Positions 63,469 through 64,000 of a stretch of 64,000 nt of DNA are shown piece after piece. How positions within the stretch are numbered: the first letter of the stretch is position 1; the number at the start of each line of letters is the position of its first letter. Both the position numbers and the translations under genes were made by a program. The notes under the pieces were generated by a model that ran no database searches, was not told where the DNA came from, and was given only the letters and a program-made list of their open reading frames with translations. The stretch comes from an uncultured Anaerolineales bacterium (lineage in GTDB: Bacteria; Chloroflexota; Anaerolineae; Anaerolineales; UBA6663): NCBI GenBank assembly GCA_964497615.1, contig CAZCEC010000018.1, positions 1,176-65,175 of the forward strand. The letters run 5' to 3'.

Positions 63469-64000
63469 ATGACGGATGTCCTGCTGGAGATCAAGGATCT
63501 GAAGGTGTCGTTCCCGCTAGACGAGGGGCACGTGCAGGCGGTGGCGGGCGCCAGCCTGACTATCCGGCGCGGGGAGGTGCTGGGGGTGGTGGGCGAAAGC
63601 GGCTGCGGCAAGACGGTGACGGCACAGTCGGTGCTGCGCATCATCCCGTCGCCGGGGCGCATCGATGGCGGGCAAATCCTGTTCCGCCCGCCGGGCGGCG
63701 ACGGGGCGCAGAGCGGGGGCGTGATCGACCTGGCGGCGCTGCGCCCGACCGGGCCGCAGATCCGCGCGATCCGCGGCAAGGACATCGCGATGATCTTCCA
63801 GGAGCCGATGAGCTCCTTTTCGCCGGTGCACACGATCGGCAACCAGATCATGGAGGCGATTCTGCTGCACCAGCGCGTGAGCCAGAGCGAGGCGCGGGCG
63901 CAAGCGGTGGAATTGCTGCGGACGGTGGGCATCCCGCTGGCGGAGGAGCGCATTGACGCCTACCCGCACCAATTCTCAGGCGGGATGCGGCAGCGGGCGA
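63469..64000 (+). CDS. ABC transporter ATP-binding protein (DppD/OppD type); partial, runs off the right window edge
   Basis: Absent from ORF track (no stop). My translation gives MTDVLLEIKDLKVSFPLDEGHVQAVAGASLTIRRGEVLGVVGESGCGKT (Walker A) ... YPHQFSGGMRQRA (signature motif). Confidence 0.85.
   Translation, partial: MTDVLLEIKDLKVSFPLDEGHVQAVAGASLTIRRGEVLGVVGESGCGKTVTAQSVLRIIPSPGRIDGGQILFRPPGGDGAQSGGVIDLAALRPTGPQIRAIRGKDIAMIFQEPMSSFSPVHTIGNQIMEAILLHQRVSQSEARAQAVELLRTVGIPLAEERIDAYPHQFSGGMRQRA

Overview
High-GC (by eye about 65-70%) bacterial chromosomal window. It is densely coded, and I recognised no rRNA, tRNA, CRISPR array, transposase, integrase or known defence gene. All calls come from reading the sequence and the ORF track and from remembered family motifs; no searches were run.

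Gene content, left to right:
- 1-14.4 kb: a secreted-protein neighbourhood. It holds a partial CSLREA/PMP-repeat beta-helix protein that runs off the left edge and is absent from the ORF track, a Tat-signal trypsin-like protease, and a large ExeM/NucH-type extracellular nuclease. Housekeeping genes are interspersed: a YbaK-like deacylase, a dual-specificity phosphatase, an ArsR-AHSA1 pair, rsmG and a class A PBP.
- 15-27 kb: a C26 glutamine amidotransferase, a glycyl-radical enzyme with its activase, an RraA-like gene followed by glnA, a beta-propeller protein, an alpha/beta hydrolase and acnA.
- 27-35.6 kb: a second CSLREA/PMP beta-helix protein, a three-gene sugar operon (class II aldolase-like, D-lyxose/mannose isomerase, PfkB kinase) and a 2-oxoacid dehydrogenase E1alpha/E1beta/E2 operon.
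- 35.7-57.8 kb: a run of about 20 co-directional minus-strand genes. It starts from the right with a 12-gene carbohydrate/acid-sugar catabolic block (AlkP-like, PL22-like lyase, TIM-barrel isomerase, LLM oxidoreductase, DUF2264, polysaccharide deacetylase, MocA oxidoreductase, DapA-like, G1PDH-like, class I aldolase, FGGY kinase, HAD). Then come a GMC oxidoreductase, a DUF1537 kinase plus PdxA-family module, an SDR epimerase, and an amidohydrolase-TM fusion coupled to a kinase-less sensor-type membrane protein.
- 57.9-64 kb: a divergent GntR regulator and a family-5 ABC importer. Its ATPase gene runs off the right edge and is also absent from the ORF track.

Most interesting observations:
1. 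An identical-style C-terminal decapeptide (YRLxLPxxMR-COOH) ends two unrelated secreted proteins, suggesting an undescribed sorting or processing tag.
2. The glycyl-radical enzyme has a non-canonical Cys loop (G-C-H-W rather than G-C-x-E or C-C).
3. A TATAAT-N6/7-start-codon geometry recurs and predicts several leaderless genes, including two small unannotated ORFs.
4. A G10 tract lies in the promoter of the beta-helix surface-protein gene.
5. Phased direct repeats lie upstream of the RraA-like/glnA operon.
6. The 12-gene catabolic locus has an unusual enzyme mix.

I did not recognise a self-evident novel defence-type system.
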